A stretch of DNA of 64,000 nucleotides from Mobula hypostoma. Its lineage: Eukaryota. The notes under the pieces are model-generated. The model searched no databases. It was not told where the DNA came from and saw only the letters and a program-made list of their open reading frames with translations. Every line of letters begins with the position of its first letter. Position 1 is the first letter of the stretch. Shown piece by piece: positions 1-13,366 of the stretch. Both the position numbers and the translations under genes were made by a program. Location of the stretch: assembly GCF_963921235.1 (NCBI RefSeq), contig NC_086097.1, positions 92,134,001 through 92,198,000 on the forward strand. The letters run 5' to 3'.

Positions 1-1477
1 TCAATGGAAAAACAGTGATAAGTGTTCAGATAATCTAGTATGACACTTGGAATGTGGCTGGCCTTCCTAAAGACCTGCTGTCTTTCTCCTATTAAATTAC
101 TGAGGTTACATTTGGGAGGTGCAACCAACAATGCCTCAGAGTAGCTATTGGTTGACATAAGCAGCCATGAAGCAGTGGAGGAAGGGGGACATTTAGATTG
201 GTGAACGAGGTAGCAATTAAGTAGATATTGCCCTTGGTGCTGAGCTAAAGTATGGTGGAGCTGCACTCAACCAAGTAAATGGTATTACCAAAATGATAGA
301 GGGAGAGGTAAAAGAGCTTCGCAAACATACAGCCAACTCGAACAATCTTAGGTCAACCCAAATGGTTTATGGCTGATTAGGATGTTAAATATAATTTGGA
401 AGTCTAATATAAGAAATATGTCAGCAAATTTGAACAAAGTAAGATACCATTATTAGCAATGAAATAAGTGCCTGTATATTGCTCGATGCAGTTAAAGAAT
501 AATATCAGGACTGGACAATGAAAGAATTTCTCTACCCTTTAAAAAACATCATGTGATCTATGACGTTCACTAAAAAGGCAGACTTCAAGTTAATAATAAT
601 TTTAAAACCGAGCAGCACTCCCTCATCACAGCACAAAATTGTTAATGTCAGTCGCAGGACTTGAACCCTCAATACCCTAACTGAGGTGGTAAAAATGTTA
701 CCCTCAGAGGTGGCAGTACTGTAATAGAGCAGCATCTGTAGGAGGAGGGAAGAGGGAGGCTGTTACATTTGTATTTTCCTCTGCTCCATAGCTGGCAAAA
801 TCAATTGTTAAATTGACTCTTCAAAGACCAGCAATTCAAACTGGTGTTGGCTTCAAACTTTTCTAACTGATCCAGTGTGGGGAACTCAAATGACGGAAAA
901 CTTATTAGGGTGTTCAGGAAGAGCACTTGTCTCACGTACCCCAAACACTGACAGCCAAGAGGTGCTTGCGTTCGTAAAATATCCAGGAGAGTGAGGTCAG
1001 CCAATACCAATGAAACCAGACAAAAGCAGCAATTGCAATGAGAGAGAAAATTACAATCATTTCTTTGAAATCTTCTTACCTGATCTCCATGGAGACTGTC
1101 TTTCTAGGATGGATCTCCCTACCAGATCTTCATACCAGATCTCCTTAACATGATGTGGGAATAGTTTGTTCTCTTAAAAACAAATCTCAGTGTTGGAGAC
1201 CTACTTCTAACTTCAAAGGGTGTGGAGTTCATTGACTGCTCATTTCACAAACTGCTGAATATATTCTATTTGTTGATATAACAGAATTACAATTCTCAAG
1301 ATCACTTCTCGATTAAAAGTTATAAGTGTTTTTATTTGATTTCTGTTTGATATATGGAAAGTGTTTGCTTCCTAACAGCCTTTCAATCCAGTAATTTTTC
1401 TTGGAGCCATAATCTTTCGTCACGGAATCTTTTAAAGATCAAAACCAAATTAGATAAAATATCAGGAAAAAAAATCT

Positions 1478-1750
1478 AGTGGCACAGTGATATAGCAAGA
1501 ACAGATTCTGCCTCAAAGTTCCAGCAGCCTGGGCTTGATTCCAAACTCTGGTGTTGTCTGTGTGGAGGTGGCACTCTCTTTCTGTGATCTCATGGGTTTC
1601 TCCAAGGACCTCTGGTTTCCTCCCATGTTCCAGATTAATTAGTTACTCTACTTTGCCTGTCGTGTGTGGGTGGAAGAAGAATCAGGGAGGAATTTATGGG
1701 CATATGTGTGTGAAAATACTTTACAAGGAAATTTGTGGGGAAATGGGCAA
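1478..1750 (+). mobile_element. HE1-like tRNA-derived V-SINE, decayed
   Basis: 'gtctgtgtggagg...tgggtttctcc...tctggtttcctcccat' V-domain-like text; relatives at 21052 and 29109. Confidence 0.65.
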
Positions 1751-1855
1751 TACTCATAAAATGCTGGAGTCCTGTTGAAGGGCCTTGGCCCAAAATGTCA
1801 ACTATTTATTCTCCTCCATAGATACTGCCTGATGTACTGAGCTCCTCCAACACTT

Positions 1856-2447
1856 AAACAACAGGAATTCTGCAGATGCTGGAAATTCAAGCAACATACA
1901 TCAAAGTTGCTGGTGAACGCAGCAGGCCAAGCAGCATCTATAGGAAGAGGCGCAGTCGACGTTTCAGGCCGAGACCCTTCGTCAGGACTAACTGAAGGAA
2001 GAGTGAGTAAGGGATTTGAAAGCTGGAGGGGGAGGGGGAGATGCAAAATGATAGGAGAAGACAGGAGGGGGAGGGATGGAGCCGAGAACTGGACAGGTGA
2101 TAGGCAAAAGGGGATACGAGAGGATCATGGGACAGGAGGTCTGGGAAGAAAGACAAGGGGGGGGTGATCCAGAGGATGGGCAGGGGGTATATTCAGAGGG
2201 ACAGAGGGAGAAAAAGGAGAGTGAGAGAAAGAATGTGTGCATAAAAATGAGTAACAGCTGGGGTACGAGGGAGAGGTGGGGCCTAGCGGAAGTTAGAGAA
2301 GTCAATGTTCATGCCATCAGGTTGGAGGCTACCCAGACGGAATATAAGGTGTTGTTCCTCCAACCTGAGTGTGGCTTCATCTTTACAGTAGAGGAGGCCG
2401 TGGATAGACATATCAGAATGGGAATGGGATGTGGAATTAAAATGTGT
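1856..2447 (-). mobile_element. Young Penelope-like element 3' fragment (end of GIY-YIG ORF plus pLTR)
   Basis: Nearly identical to 52229-52820; minus frame encodes ..LEEQHLIFRLGSLQPDGMNIDFSNFR. Confidence 0.9.
1954..1989 (-). ncRNA. Minimal type I hammerhead ribozyme motif in PLE pLTR
   Basis: Minus strand AGUC-CUGACGA-AGGGUCUCGGCCU-GAAAC-GUC-GACU: core, stem I and stem II all present. Confidence 0.8.
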
Positions 2448-2959
2448 GTTGAACAGGATTTACAGCATCTGTAGACTGTCTGTGGGAGATAGGATTGATG
2501 GCAGTGCTTTGTGAGCTGCCAATGACTTGATGGCCTGAATGGCCTCCTAATATGTCATATGCAAGTATGAAACCATACAAGTGAAAATTATCAGTTCTAG
2601 GAAAACTGGGACAAGGGTAGATTAATCTGGCTGGATGGCCCTCAGAGACCACCGCTCTGGGAATACTGGGACGCTTGTAATAAACCAGCTTATCTAACAC
2701 TGCAGCAAACCTGGAAAACAGTCACAATAATCCTCTGAATACAGGGAGGAGCCTATAAGGCATGTCCTCTGGGAATATCATGGTCAACACGAGGATAGCC
2801 GACTGACAATTACACCGGGAATTCTGTGGCCCCACCCCCACCCAACAGAGTTCCCTCATCCTGCGACCAAGTCATAACCACGACATCAGACGTACACTGT
2901 CTGCTAGTCCAGCTTACAGCTTGCCAGAGGAAATAGGAATAGAATGCACATATCTCATT

Positions 2960-3320
2960 CAGGGAGCGGTACCTCAGAGAGCCGGAGCCCATCATTAAGG
3001 AACCCCACCACCCAGGACATGCCCTCTTTTCATTGCTACCATCAGGAAGGAGGTACAGAAGCCTGAAGACACTCACTCAACGATTCAGGAACAGCTTCTT
3101 CTCCTCTGCCAGTTAATTTCTGAATAGATATTGAACCCACGAACACTACCTCACTACGTTTTTATTTTCTATTCTTTTGCACTACTTAATTTAACTACTT
3201 AATACATACTTACTGTAATTCAGTTTTCATTTTTCTCTCTATCATGCATTGCATTGTACCGCTGCTGCAAAGTTAACAAATTTCACGATATATGCCAATG
3301 ATATTAAACACGATTCTAAT
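2960..3320 (+). mobile_element. Rex1/Babar-type LINE 3' end fragment
   Basis: 'atcattaaggaaccccaccacccaggacatgccctc..gctaccatcaggaaggaggtacag' is similar to the 3' ends at 23060 and 56090. Confidence 0.7.
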
Positions 3321-4371
3321 GGACAAAATGAACCTAGCTGACGCTGAGCCCACTTTTAGCAGGTACGTACGTCCAAAGACATTTTCATTATAAACTTCCC
3401 GTGCTACACCAGTTCAAATCCAAAGTGATGTAGTCACCCAAAGCATTCGGACACTGGACTCAAGCTTGAAGTGGAAGTTTGGAGCACAACTTGTGGAGTG
3501 GTATTGTACATCCCAAAGTGATCCTGTAAATTATAGTTCTGTTATATCAATCAGCAAATAGAAGCATTTAATAGATGTAAACTAATTCACCCAGCTTATC
3601 GGGGGGGGGGGGAGCATTGGCATCAAGTTTGAAGTCTAGGCAGGAACTTGTTTATTAGTCAATTTGTCCTTCCTTGAGATATCACTGAGCATCATGACAA
3701 TCCAAAGGAAATTTAGATGGTGGGATACCAGTTTCACTAGTTCCACTGTATTCTATTAAATTTCTGCTTACAGTTCAGATTTGAATTCATGTTTGTCATC
3801 TTCCCCAAAGACTTGTCTTGATTGCACAATGATGCAGTCCTGCAGCACACCCCAGGTAGTCTGAAACCAGCTGACTTTCCAAAGACAAGAACAATCTAAT
3901 GTAAAGCAAGCTGGAGCAATGGTCAGATGTGCAGACTCAGGCCTCGATATCTCATCCACGAAAATTGATCTGTCTTCAAGTGAGGCAGAGGCCAAGTGGC
4001 CCCATTTCATCTCAGACTTTTGGGTTTCAAGAAACACAGGACAGAAGCGTTGAAAGAGAAAGTTGGGGTTGTTAATCCACTGGGACACCATACCAATCAG
4101 TCTTTAGCATCTACGATGGGAATCGCATATGTGTTGACATCTGGATCTGAAGGGGTTGGACTGAACTGCAAGATTTTTCATGGCCAAATGGATCACCAAT
4201 ACTCCAGTGGAGGGCCACCATGGAACTGCAAGTTTATTGAGAGTTAATGCCTTCACAGCAAGTTGGACAGAAAATTGCGGCAAAAGATTACGAAGTCTTT
4301 ATCCAGCCAAGTGCAAAAAGCAGCAACACCATCAACCTTCTCTGACCCCCAAGAAAGCACCTTACTGACTA

Positions 4372-4443
4372 CAGTACTGTGCAAGGGTCTTAGGCACATA
4401 CAGTATACATAGCCAGGATGCCCAAAACCTTTGCATAGTACCG
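4372..4443. mobile_element. Tiny Tc1/mariner-type MITE
   Basis: TA|CAGTACTGTGCAAGG ... CCTTTGCATAGTACCG imperfect terminal inverted repeats. Confidence 0.6.
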
Positions 4444-4552
4444 TGTATTGGTTAAAGTAGGAAGGTGGTTGGGTAGCAGCAATAGGAGTATTTAGCTTTG
4501 TATTACCTCAGTAGTATTAAGTGTTATTTGGTCACTGGAAAGGCATTATATA

Positions 4553-4613
4553 CAGTAATGTGCAAAAGTCTTCAGCGCCCATATATATGCCTAGGATTTT
4601 GAGCACAGTACTG
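4553..4613. mobile_element. Tiny Tc1/mariner-type MITE (same family)
   Basis: TA|CAGTAATGTGC...GCACAGTACTG|TA, with TA on both sides. Confidence 0.7.
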
Positions 4614-5564
4614 TATCTCCCATTAGATCTGATGAGGGTGCTTCTTGAATTAAAATGGCATGACTCAAAGGTGGAACTAAATCCCCAGCATTTCAATTTT
4701 AGCCTCACTTATTAAATTCCTGTTCTTTCCTTGTCTGACTCACTGAAGCTAATAAATCAATCCTTGGCCTTCCAATCAATCCGATAAAAGGTGACCCCTC
4801 AGATCAAAGCTATGCACCTAACATGAAACATCAGAGCCTCTTTCCTGCAGGTCACAAGAAGAAAAAAAAGGAAAGATTGAGCCAATGCCCACATTACTGG
4901 TGCGATATCAAAAAAATCCAGTTCTCACACCAAAAACTGACAGGATAGCTTTTTGGACATCCAAAATGAGGACCTAAAGCCTGTTTAAAGATCTTTAGCA
5001 TTCAGGGAAATGAAGCTATAATGTTGCCCAGTTAGTATGCCTAAAGGAGCAGCTTGAAGCTGCACCATTAAGGTCAAATGTTGACACCATACTTACCCGA
5101 ATATGGGGTTTGAGAGGAGCAGAGATATTCAAGGTGGGTTGCTTTGAACTTGACCCATTCCCTTCTCAAGCTGAAGCCCACAAGCACATTTCCCCACTCA
5201 TTGCAGCTTAGTACTGGTACATTAGCACTTAAATAATTGCACCAGACACAAGGAACATTTTCTAGTGAGCCTTTATTTGCCTCTTCTGATAGACACAGTG
5301 CACACTTGACAACGTATCATAGGCTCTGCAGAATAAAATGTCTAAAGCCAGCTAAATTAAGTTCAGATTTACAAATTGTGGAGCCATAGTTCAAACAGGC
5401 CAAAGAATTGGTATTGATTGCTAAAGATCATTACCTTGGTTAGAAACTTAAGGAATTAATTAGTCAAGATAAAATCAACTGAATCCTTTGTTTTATTGAG
5501 GTGGACAGAAGTTTTAATTGATTGTTAAAGGTTCTGATATCAAAACACCAGTGAGGTTGTTAAA

Positions 5565-5770
5565 GACATAATAGTGATGGAAAAGATAAGAATGGTGATG
5601 GCAGAGTGTCACTGTGGTGATGTCAAAGGCAGTAGTGATGGTGTCAAGGACAATCATGATGATATAAATGGCAATTGTGATGATGTCAAAGACACGGCAA
5701 CAGTATTAACAGTGATATGGTACTGTCACATTATGGCGTGATAACACTCCATAATGGCAGATCACGATAA
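5565..5770. repeat. Degenerate ~24-27 bp tandem repeat (gtgatgatgtcaaagrca..)
   Basis: Recurring 'gtgatg(a/g)tgtcaa' units. Confidence 0.55.
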
Positions 5771-7552
5771 AGCCATCAGCTGAAGCAATTGAGTCTAAAA
5801 TATTTGCTGCTCTGTGCTTAGTCAACTAATACTGAGAGAACGATTGGTTTTTACATTCTCAAATGTTTAAATCTCACCACTGAGGTACAGTATAGCTTAA
5901 ATAGATGATCAGTTAGCATTTAATAAATGGTGAGATGAGAGCAATATGAAGGATTATGAGAGGATTAATGGTTAAATATCATATCACCTTAGTATTTCCC
6001 ATTGTATACAAATGAGGCCATTTGGGCATTTAGACTATCACATCTAGCCTGGATCAATGAATGAGCTTCCCAAATAGCCCCACCTTTGCTTCTTCCCTAG
6101 GATTTATTTTTAATCCTTTACTACATCAATTCCCTTTTGACAGATACCGTGTTAACAAATGCCCAATTAGCTCAGTTGTACAGTAATTTGGAGTCGTTGA
6201 ACTCCAAGACTCAAGCACATGGTCAAAGACAATACTTCAGTGGAGCTCTGAGTTATTAAAGATCCCATCTACCTGTTCCTGTGGTTCAGACTTATCCTCA
6301 AAGCTCTTCCTCGATTACTTGAGGAATATTTTGCACATGGAAAGGACTAGGTTAGTTCATTTCTTTCCTCTTACTATTCAAACATTGATTCTTAACAATA
6401 CTTAATAATACTTGGTACTTAAGCAGGAATAAAGTGCAGCTTCTAACAATATCCATAAAGCTCAGGCAGTCTGGCTACAGCGGGGTACATAGACTAGTTT
6501 CCATTAATACTTGAAATAATATTATAATATATTGAAGATTAGAACAACAACTTGCATTTTAGTGTATTTTGAATATCAAAACTGTTCCTAGGCACTTCAC
6601 AGGAGCATTAATAAGTAAAATTACGCTAAGTCCTCAAAAAAAGAGAGGTGGCCAGATTTTCAAGAGCACATTTAAGAGGGTGGGGAGACATAAAAAGTTT
6701 ATGGAGGAAATTTTGGAGCTTAGGTAGGATCAAGGCAACCATTGGCATGCCTGTCAGTGATGAGATGATTAAACTTGGGAATACCCCAAAAAGGAGCATT
6801 GGGATGAAGGATTGCAGAACTGGAAAAGATGACAGAAAGTAGTAGAGTGAACATGAAGGGAGTTGAAATCCAGATTCTGAAGGGGAAACACAAAGTTCCT
6901 GGGTTAGCTGAACTGTTAGCAGGTACTGGAATTCAATGAGTCTTGTAAAAATTGAGTATAATTTATGTTTTTCTTGTGAATGCTGCTGATATGATACTAT
7001 GCACCTGTTTTTAATGCACTTGTACATACACGTACTTGTGCATATGACAACAAATTTGACTTTGACTCTGAGCTCATGCGGCAAAGAGGATGGGAGGCTG
7101 GACATTGGACCGTTGGAACAGTCTACAGATAACAGAGTTATAAGTTGAGTTGCTGAAGAGGGGTGGAAACAGGCACTGTTCTGGAGGTGAAAAGCATCTT
7201 AATGAAGAAGATAGGGAATTAGAGACTGAACCTGGCACTGCACAGTTGTAAGTGAATGATTATGGAGCCAGTAGTTGGCAAATATGATGTTTAGAACTCT
7301 AGAAATCATACAATCATTGAACATTTATGATACATATGGAGGCTGTTCAGTCCATTTTGTCTGCTCCAAGCAAAAGAGGAATTGTCAATTCCAATCCCAC
7401 CTCCCAATTTTATGGTGTTGGCCCTACAGGTCTTACTCTTCAAGTGCTGGTTAACTAAGCCGAAGATTTCAGCCTCTTATTCCCCCCACTTCCCTCTAAT
7501 CCACTCATTCCTTCAAATTGATGGTCCTTAGTTTGAGTTTCCATCCTATTCA

Positions 7553-7832
7553 AGCAACACACATCAAAGTTGCTGGTGAACGCAGCAGGCCAGGCAGCAT
7601 CTCTAGGAAGAGGTACAGTCGACGTTTCAGGCCGAGACCCTTCGTCAGGACTAACTGAAGGAAGAGTTAGTAAGAGATTTGAAAGTGGGAGGGGGAGGGG
7701 GAGATCCGAAGTGATAAGAGAAGACAGGAGGGGGAGGGATGGAGCCAAGAGCTGGACGGTTGATTGGCAAAAGGGATATGAGAGGATCATGGGACAGGAG
7801 GCCCAGCATCTACAGATTTCCTCGTGTTTGCG
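7553..7832 (-). mobile_element. PLE pLTR insertion with hammerhead motif (7617-7652) and 14-bp TSD
   Basis: ttccatcctattca at 7539-7552 and 7833-7846; body similar to 1890-2140. Confidence 0.88.
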
Positions 7833-8408
7833 TTCCATCCTATTCATTCTATTTTAGATCTCTATGAATTAGAATAGCTCAAATTTAGTGTCCCCTTAGC
7901 CTTCTCTGTGGGAAGTTAAGCCAATGTTAAAAGCTTCAGTTACTCCTAGGATCTGGCTGTAGAGAATTCCAACTCAGCCATTTCTGTGTCTGATGAATCA
8001 AGAGGAGAGGCAGTGGTAGTTCAAGCTGTTAAGAGCAGGCTGACGACAAATGAAGAATAGAAAGAAGGTAACATAGAAGAGCAAAGAATAGCCATAACAC
8101 ATGTTTCTCTGCCTACAAATAGATAACTTGGAATAAAAGAACCAGTCAATCAAGGCTGGTCCCTACAGCTGAGTAATGATATGGTAGAAGAACATAGAAC
8201 AGTCAAGACAAAGTTGCAGATGGCTCTGATAGAATGGGAGAGATGAGCTACTCCAGTCAGTCACATCTGTCAACCATAAACATAGCAAGCCTTCATCTGT
8301 ACTAGAATGCACTTTCCATCTTCAGCTGGCTGAACTCCACCATATCTACGGCACTAGGTTACCAAAGGATCCACTTAAAAACTTGTTGCATTGAGCAACC
8401 TGGATCAA

Positions 8409-8660
8409 GCAACGCGCACAAAATGCTGGGGGAACTCAGCAGGCCAGGCAGCATCTATGGGGGAGAAAAAAGTACAGTCGACATTTCGGGCCAAAACCCT
8501 TCAGCAGGACTGGCCCTTCCTGAGTCCTGCTGAAGGGCCTCGGCCCGAAGCGTTGAGTGTACTTTTTTCTCCCCCATAGATGCTGCCTGGCCTGCTGGGT
8601 TCCTGCAGCATTTTGTGCGTGTTGCTCAGATTTCCAGCATCTGCAGATTTTCTCTTGTCT
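8409..8660. mobile_element. Palindromic PLE pLTR remnant
   Basis: ~100-bp imperfect inverted arms around 8511-8521, each with a decayed CTGxxGAAGGG..CCCGAA motif. Confidence 0.8.
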
Positions 8661-8948
8661 GCATCAAGCGTGCATGATTGCACTTGTCACTCATGTCTTA
8701 CTGAAGTTATTTCATAAGAACATAGAAAATTCAGATAGCTCTCTCAGGTCCAAATTATGCTAGCTATCAGCATCCATATTACCTGCTCAGAATTGCTAGA
8801 AATGAGTTATCTTGGTTCACAGTCCTGTTTCTGATAAGTTTGCAACCTGCTTCTTAAGATGTTATTTTGATATTCATTACAAACTGTATAGCTGATACAA
8901 ACAGCTACTAATGCACACTGACACAAAAGTGTGGAACGCAATGCTATA

Positions 8949-10467
8949 CAGTGCCTATGAAATGTATGCAATCCCCTTGGAAGTTTTCATGTTTTGTTTT
9001 ACAACATCGAATCAGTGGATTTAATCTGGCTTTTTTTGACACAGATCAACACAAAAAGGCTCTTTCATGTCAAAGTGAAAACTTCTCTACAAAGTGATCT
9101 AAATTAATTACAAATATAAAACATAAAATAAGTGATTGCATAAATATTCACATCCCTTTAATATGACATACCAAATCATCACAGGTGCAGCCAATTGGTT
9201 TTAGAAGTCCCATAATTAGTCAAATGGAGATCACCTGCGTGCAGTCAAGGTGATTCAACTGACTGTGGTAAAAATACACCTGATCTGGAAGGTCCAACTG
9301 CTGGTGAGTCAGTATCCTGGCAAAAACTATGCCTTGAAGACAAAAGAACACTTCAAACAACTCCACAAAAAGTTTATTGAAAAACACAAGTCAGGAGATG
9401 GATACAAGAAAATTTCCAAGTCACTGAATATCCCTTTGAGTACAGTCAAGTCAGTCAAAAAGAATTGGAAAGGATATGGCACAGCTTTAAATCTGCCAAG
9501 AGCAGGCCATCCTCAAAAACTGAGTGACCTTGCAAGAAGAGGACTAGTGAGGGAAGCCACTAACAGGCCCATGACAACTCTGGAGCAGTGGCTGAGATGA
9601 GAGAAACTGCACACACAACAACTGTTGCCTGGGTGCTTCACCAGTCACAGCTTTAAGGGAAAGTGGCAAAGAGAAAGACACTGTTGAAAAAAAACACATG
9701 AAATCTTGGCTAGAATTTGTCAGAAGGTATGTGGGAGACCCAAGTCCGCTAGAAGGAGGTTCTGTGGTCCAATGAAACCAAAATTGAGCTTTCTGGCCAT
9801 CAGACTAAACACTATGTTTGGTGTAAGCCAAAAACACCACACATCATCAGAAACACACCATCCCTGCTGTGAAGCATGGTGATGGCTGCATTATGCTGTG
9901 GGGATGCTTCACTGCAGCAGGCCCTAGAAGGCTTGTGAAGGTAGAGAGTAAAATGAATGCAGCAAAATACAGGGAAATCCTGAAGGAAAACCTGATGCAG
10001 TCTGCAAGAGAACTGCGATGTCTGAGAAGATTTGTTTTCTAGCAAGACAATAACCCCAAGCATAAAGCCAAAGTTACACAGGAATGGCTTAAAACCAGAA
10101 TCCAGACCTCAATCCAACAGAGAATTTGTGGCTGGACTTGAAAAGGGCCGTTCACTCATGATTCCCATGCAATCTGACAGCGTTTGAGCAGTTTTGTAAA
10201 TGGGGAAAAATTGCAGTACCAGATGTACAAAGCTGATAGAGACCTATCCACACAGACTCAAGGCTGTAATTGCTGCCAATGGTAAATAGTTAAGCAATCA
10301 ATTATTTTGTGTTTTATATTTGTAATTAATTTAGATCGCTTTGTAGAGATTTGTTCTCATTTTGACACGAAAGTCTTTTTCTATTCATCAGTATCAAAAA
10401 TACCCCTAATTAAATCCACTGTGATTCAATATTGTAAAACAATAAAACATGAAAACTTCCCAGGGAA
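8949..10467 (+). mobile_element. Decayed Tc1-like DNA transposon (long ITRs, disrupted transposase)
   Basis: TA|CAGTGCC start; ~170-200 bp inverted ends, right tip missing; HTH 'HKSGDGYKKISKSLNIPLSTVKS'; catalytic remnants VLWSNETK, QDNNPKH, PDLNPTENLW; stops and frameshifts. Confidence 0.93.
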
Positions 10468-13366
10468 AACAATTTAAGCTATTCTACACCAAAGTATCCA
10501 TTTATGTAGCTATCCAATGTTTAGATCAAAGAATGGGAAGAATTCCAGTCTGACCTCTGTTAAGAAAGTGTGGTGATGTCACAGCTGGGGGATGAGAAAA
10601 GACCTACATATCATCACCACCCACTTTGTGAACAGACACACCCTGTCTACAGAAACAATAGAGAGACACAAGATCAAGTCAGATGGACAAGGACAGTTAG
10701 GTGCTTGTAGAGAGGAGCAGCAGAGACAACACAATAGGAGAATCCAGTCCAAACCTCAGATGGCTAACAGGTGTATCACCAGGGCTTTAATAATTTAGAG
10801 TAATGATACAGGAAAGCAAGAAGAGAGAGACTTGCATTCATCATAGCTATAGGATGCCTCAGGGTATTTTGCACCCTTTGTCACATATTTGAATTATATT
10901 TGTAATACAGGAAGGACTATATTGAACTGTATATTTAGTGCCAAGTAGAGAATACACTGGATTTCCTGGTGTGATAGAGGTGAATTTGCCAGTCTGAGAT
11001 TACAAGAATCTTCATCCTCAAAAACCTAAGAATGAAACCCAAACTAAAAATTATAAGCATGCAGTCTTGAACTCTAATCAATGAGGCTGAATACAAATCC
11101 TTTCAGAATAGAGTCACAACTAAAACTAACGCATTTGGACAGGTGACAGATACAAATAACCCAAAGCTCTGCTTTACAAGAGGTACAAGCTTGTGGCTCT
11201 TTACGTTGTTATAGACATGTGAGTTCAAAGTGATACAAGAACGAATATTCTGCGGCAACTCTGTACTTAACCAATACAAAAATTATATAAATAGCAACAT
11301 GAAGCAAAAAAAAAATGACGAATCAGAATCAAATATCCAAAGAATGGAATGCAAAGTAGAGGGTTAGACCACAAGAACACAGAAGTAGAATTAGGGCCAC
11401 TTCACCCATCAAGTCAGCTTGCTATTCCATCATGGCTGATTTATTATCTCTTTCAACCCCATTCTCCTGTCATTTTTCTAGCTTTTCAGTAATGAAGGGA
11501 AGTCCTGATGCATCTGAATTTAATCAGGAAGTAGGTGAGCTGTGCAGACCAGGCAAGTCTCATCTTCCATTTTGTTCTGTGCCAAACTTATGTGTGTCAT
11601 GCATTGGAGGAGCAATAGTTGAAGCTCATGAAGTTAAGGGGTGGAAAGTGACCATGGTCCATTTTGTATTGGAATGTAAACATTGTAATGGAGAAGGAGA
11701 TTGGACTCAGACCCCGTCTGGTGCCTCACCTTCTCACTTTGGAATAGCTGGCTGCAACTTGCTTTACCATTTTCATGGGCTGTGGGCAGTTGTGGATTGT
11801 TTTTTGGAAACATTCGATGAACACATCAATCACAAGTCAACGTGGGTAGGAGAGGGTGGTGAAAATTACTGGGAAAAGGAAGAAATAAATACCAGCTCTA
11901 GGAACCATATCAGGAAGATTACGCAAGATTTATAACTGAAATGATGTGGTATGAAATTCAGTGGCACCCATTAGATACAGTAGGAATTGGTATGGTAGAA
12001 GAACCACCATTGCTTATGTGTGACTGATAATATACCCAACTGGTAACTGTATTTCCCAACGTCTTGAAAGAATAAAGAGCTTTATCCTAGGTTGCTAATG
12101 ACAGAGATAGTTGACCTAGAGAATTGTGTAGATGGGAGGAAGAGGTTACACAGAAGCCTTGAAAGAACAAGTGAATTGGGGAAGCAGATAGACTTTAATG
12201 TGATGCATTGTAGAATCAGCCACACTGGACCTAATAACATTGGTCAGCAGAGTTTCGAAATAACGAGAACTACGGAAGAGCAGAAACCTGGATGTCTAAT
12301 TCTAAAGTTGATGGCCTTGTGTAAAAAAAACACAATACGTTTATGCCACGAGCACTAGGATATAAGCAAAGGAGGATAATCTTCAAAACATAGCTGGGCT
12401 AGGAAGGATGCTGTCTGACTAGTGAATACGTGGAACTCTCACACCCCCTCCCCACCCAAAGATAAATACATTTTCTTTCAAAATCAAGGATGATATATTT
12501 ATGTTGGGGAAGTATACAGCAATATTGAATAAAGACTGTTGGATGGAATTAAGATACTGATGAGCACGATCTAATTCTACATGGTACAATGTACCTGGGG
12601 CCTTGAACAGCCTTCTCCTATCTCCACACCCTACAGTGAATCAAGTACTCTACAGGTTAATTATAGGACATTTATGATTTTATGGAATAGATATAAAACA
12701 TTTTAAATGGCAAAGTAAGATTATTGCTTTAAAATAATTGAAACAATTATAATCAAAGGCAAAATTTGTGAAAGATAAAATTGAAGTGACAACAACATGT
12801 TGAGATTTACATAAAGAGTGCTGAATGTTTATAACAATCTGCCAGGTAGGGCAAGAATGAGCAAAGAAGTGACGTGTAATCATGCAGGTGGACACAAAGA
12901 GAAATACAGGAGACTGGAGGGACAACTGGAATTGCCCTTTTTCTTGTCATCCTACCGTGGGTCAGCCGCAGAATTCTCAGGCATCGTCATCCCTCTGCTG
13001 ATTGACCTGGTTCGCCAGTGCCAGTACATTATCACACCCAAGTCCCCTCAATGTGTCTACATCTTCCTTAAAATGCTCCAGTGTCTAGGACCTCTGCACT
13101 CCTCCAACTGTGACCTCTTATCCACTGGTAACACTGCCTTAAGTTGTCTAGAGACCTACTTCTGGCATCACTTGATTAAATCTCTGCTGCCCTTGGCCTC
13201 TTTCTTTTGATATTCTCCTTCTATGGCTAAATATTTGGTTAACTCTATCCTGACTGCCTGCTTAGATCTCCCTTCTTTACCACTTCCCTTTTAACTAATT
13301 CATTGACCAAGTGTAACATTCTATCCATGCTGTCCTTTGGCCTTAACAGTCACTTACTTACAGAAA

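Noticed and set aside
3768..4091. ORF containing 'INNPNFLF', superficially like the ALK/LTK 'YNPNYCF' motif
   Set aside because: Flanking residues and splice sites do not match; chance similarity
5097..5200. Strong donor-like site cgg|gtaagt on the minus strand
   Set aside because: Upstream translation does not resemble the LTK juxtamembrane exon and there is no convincing acceptor
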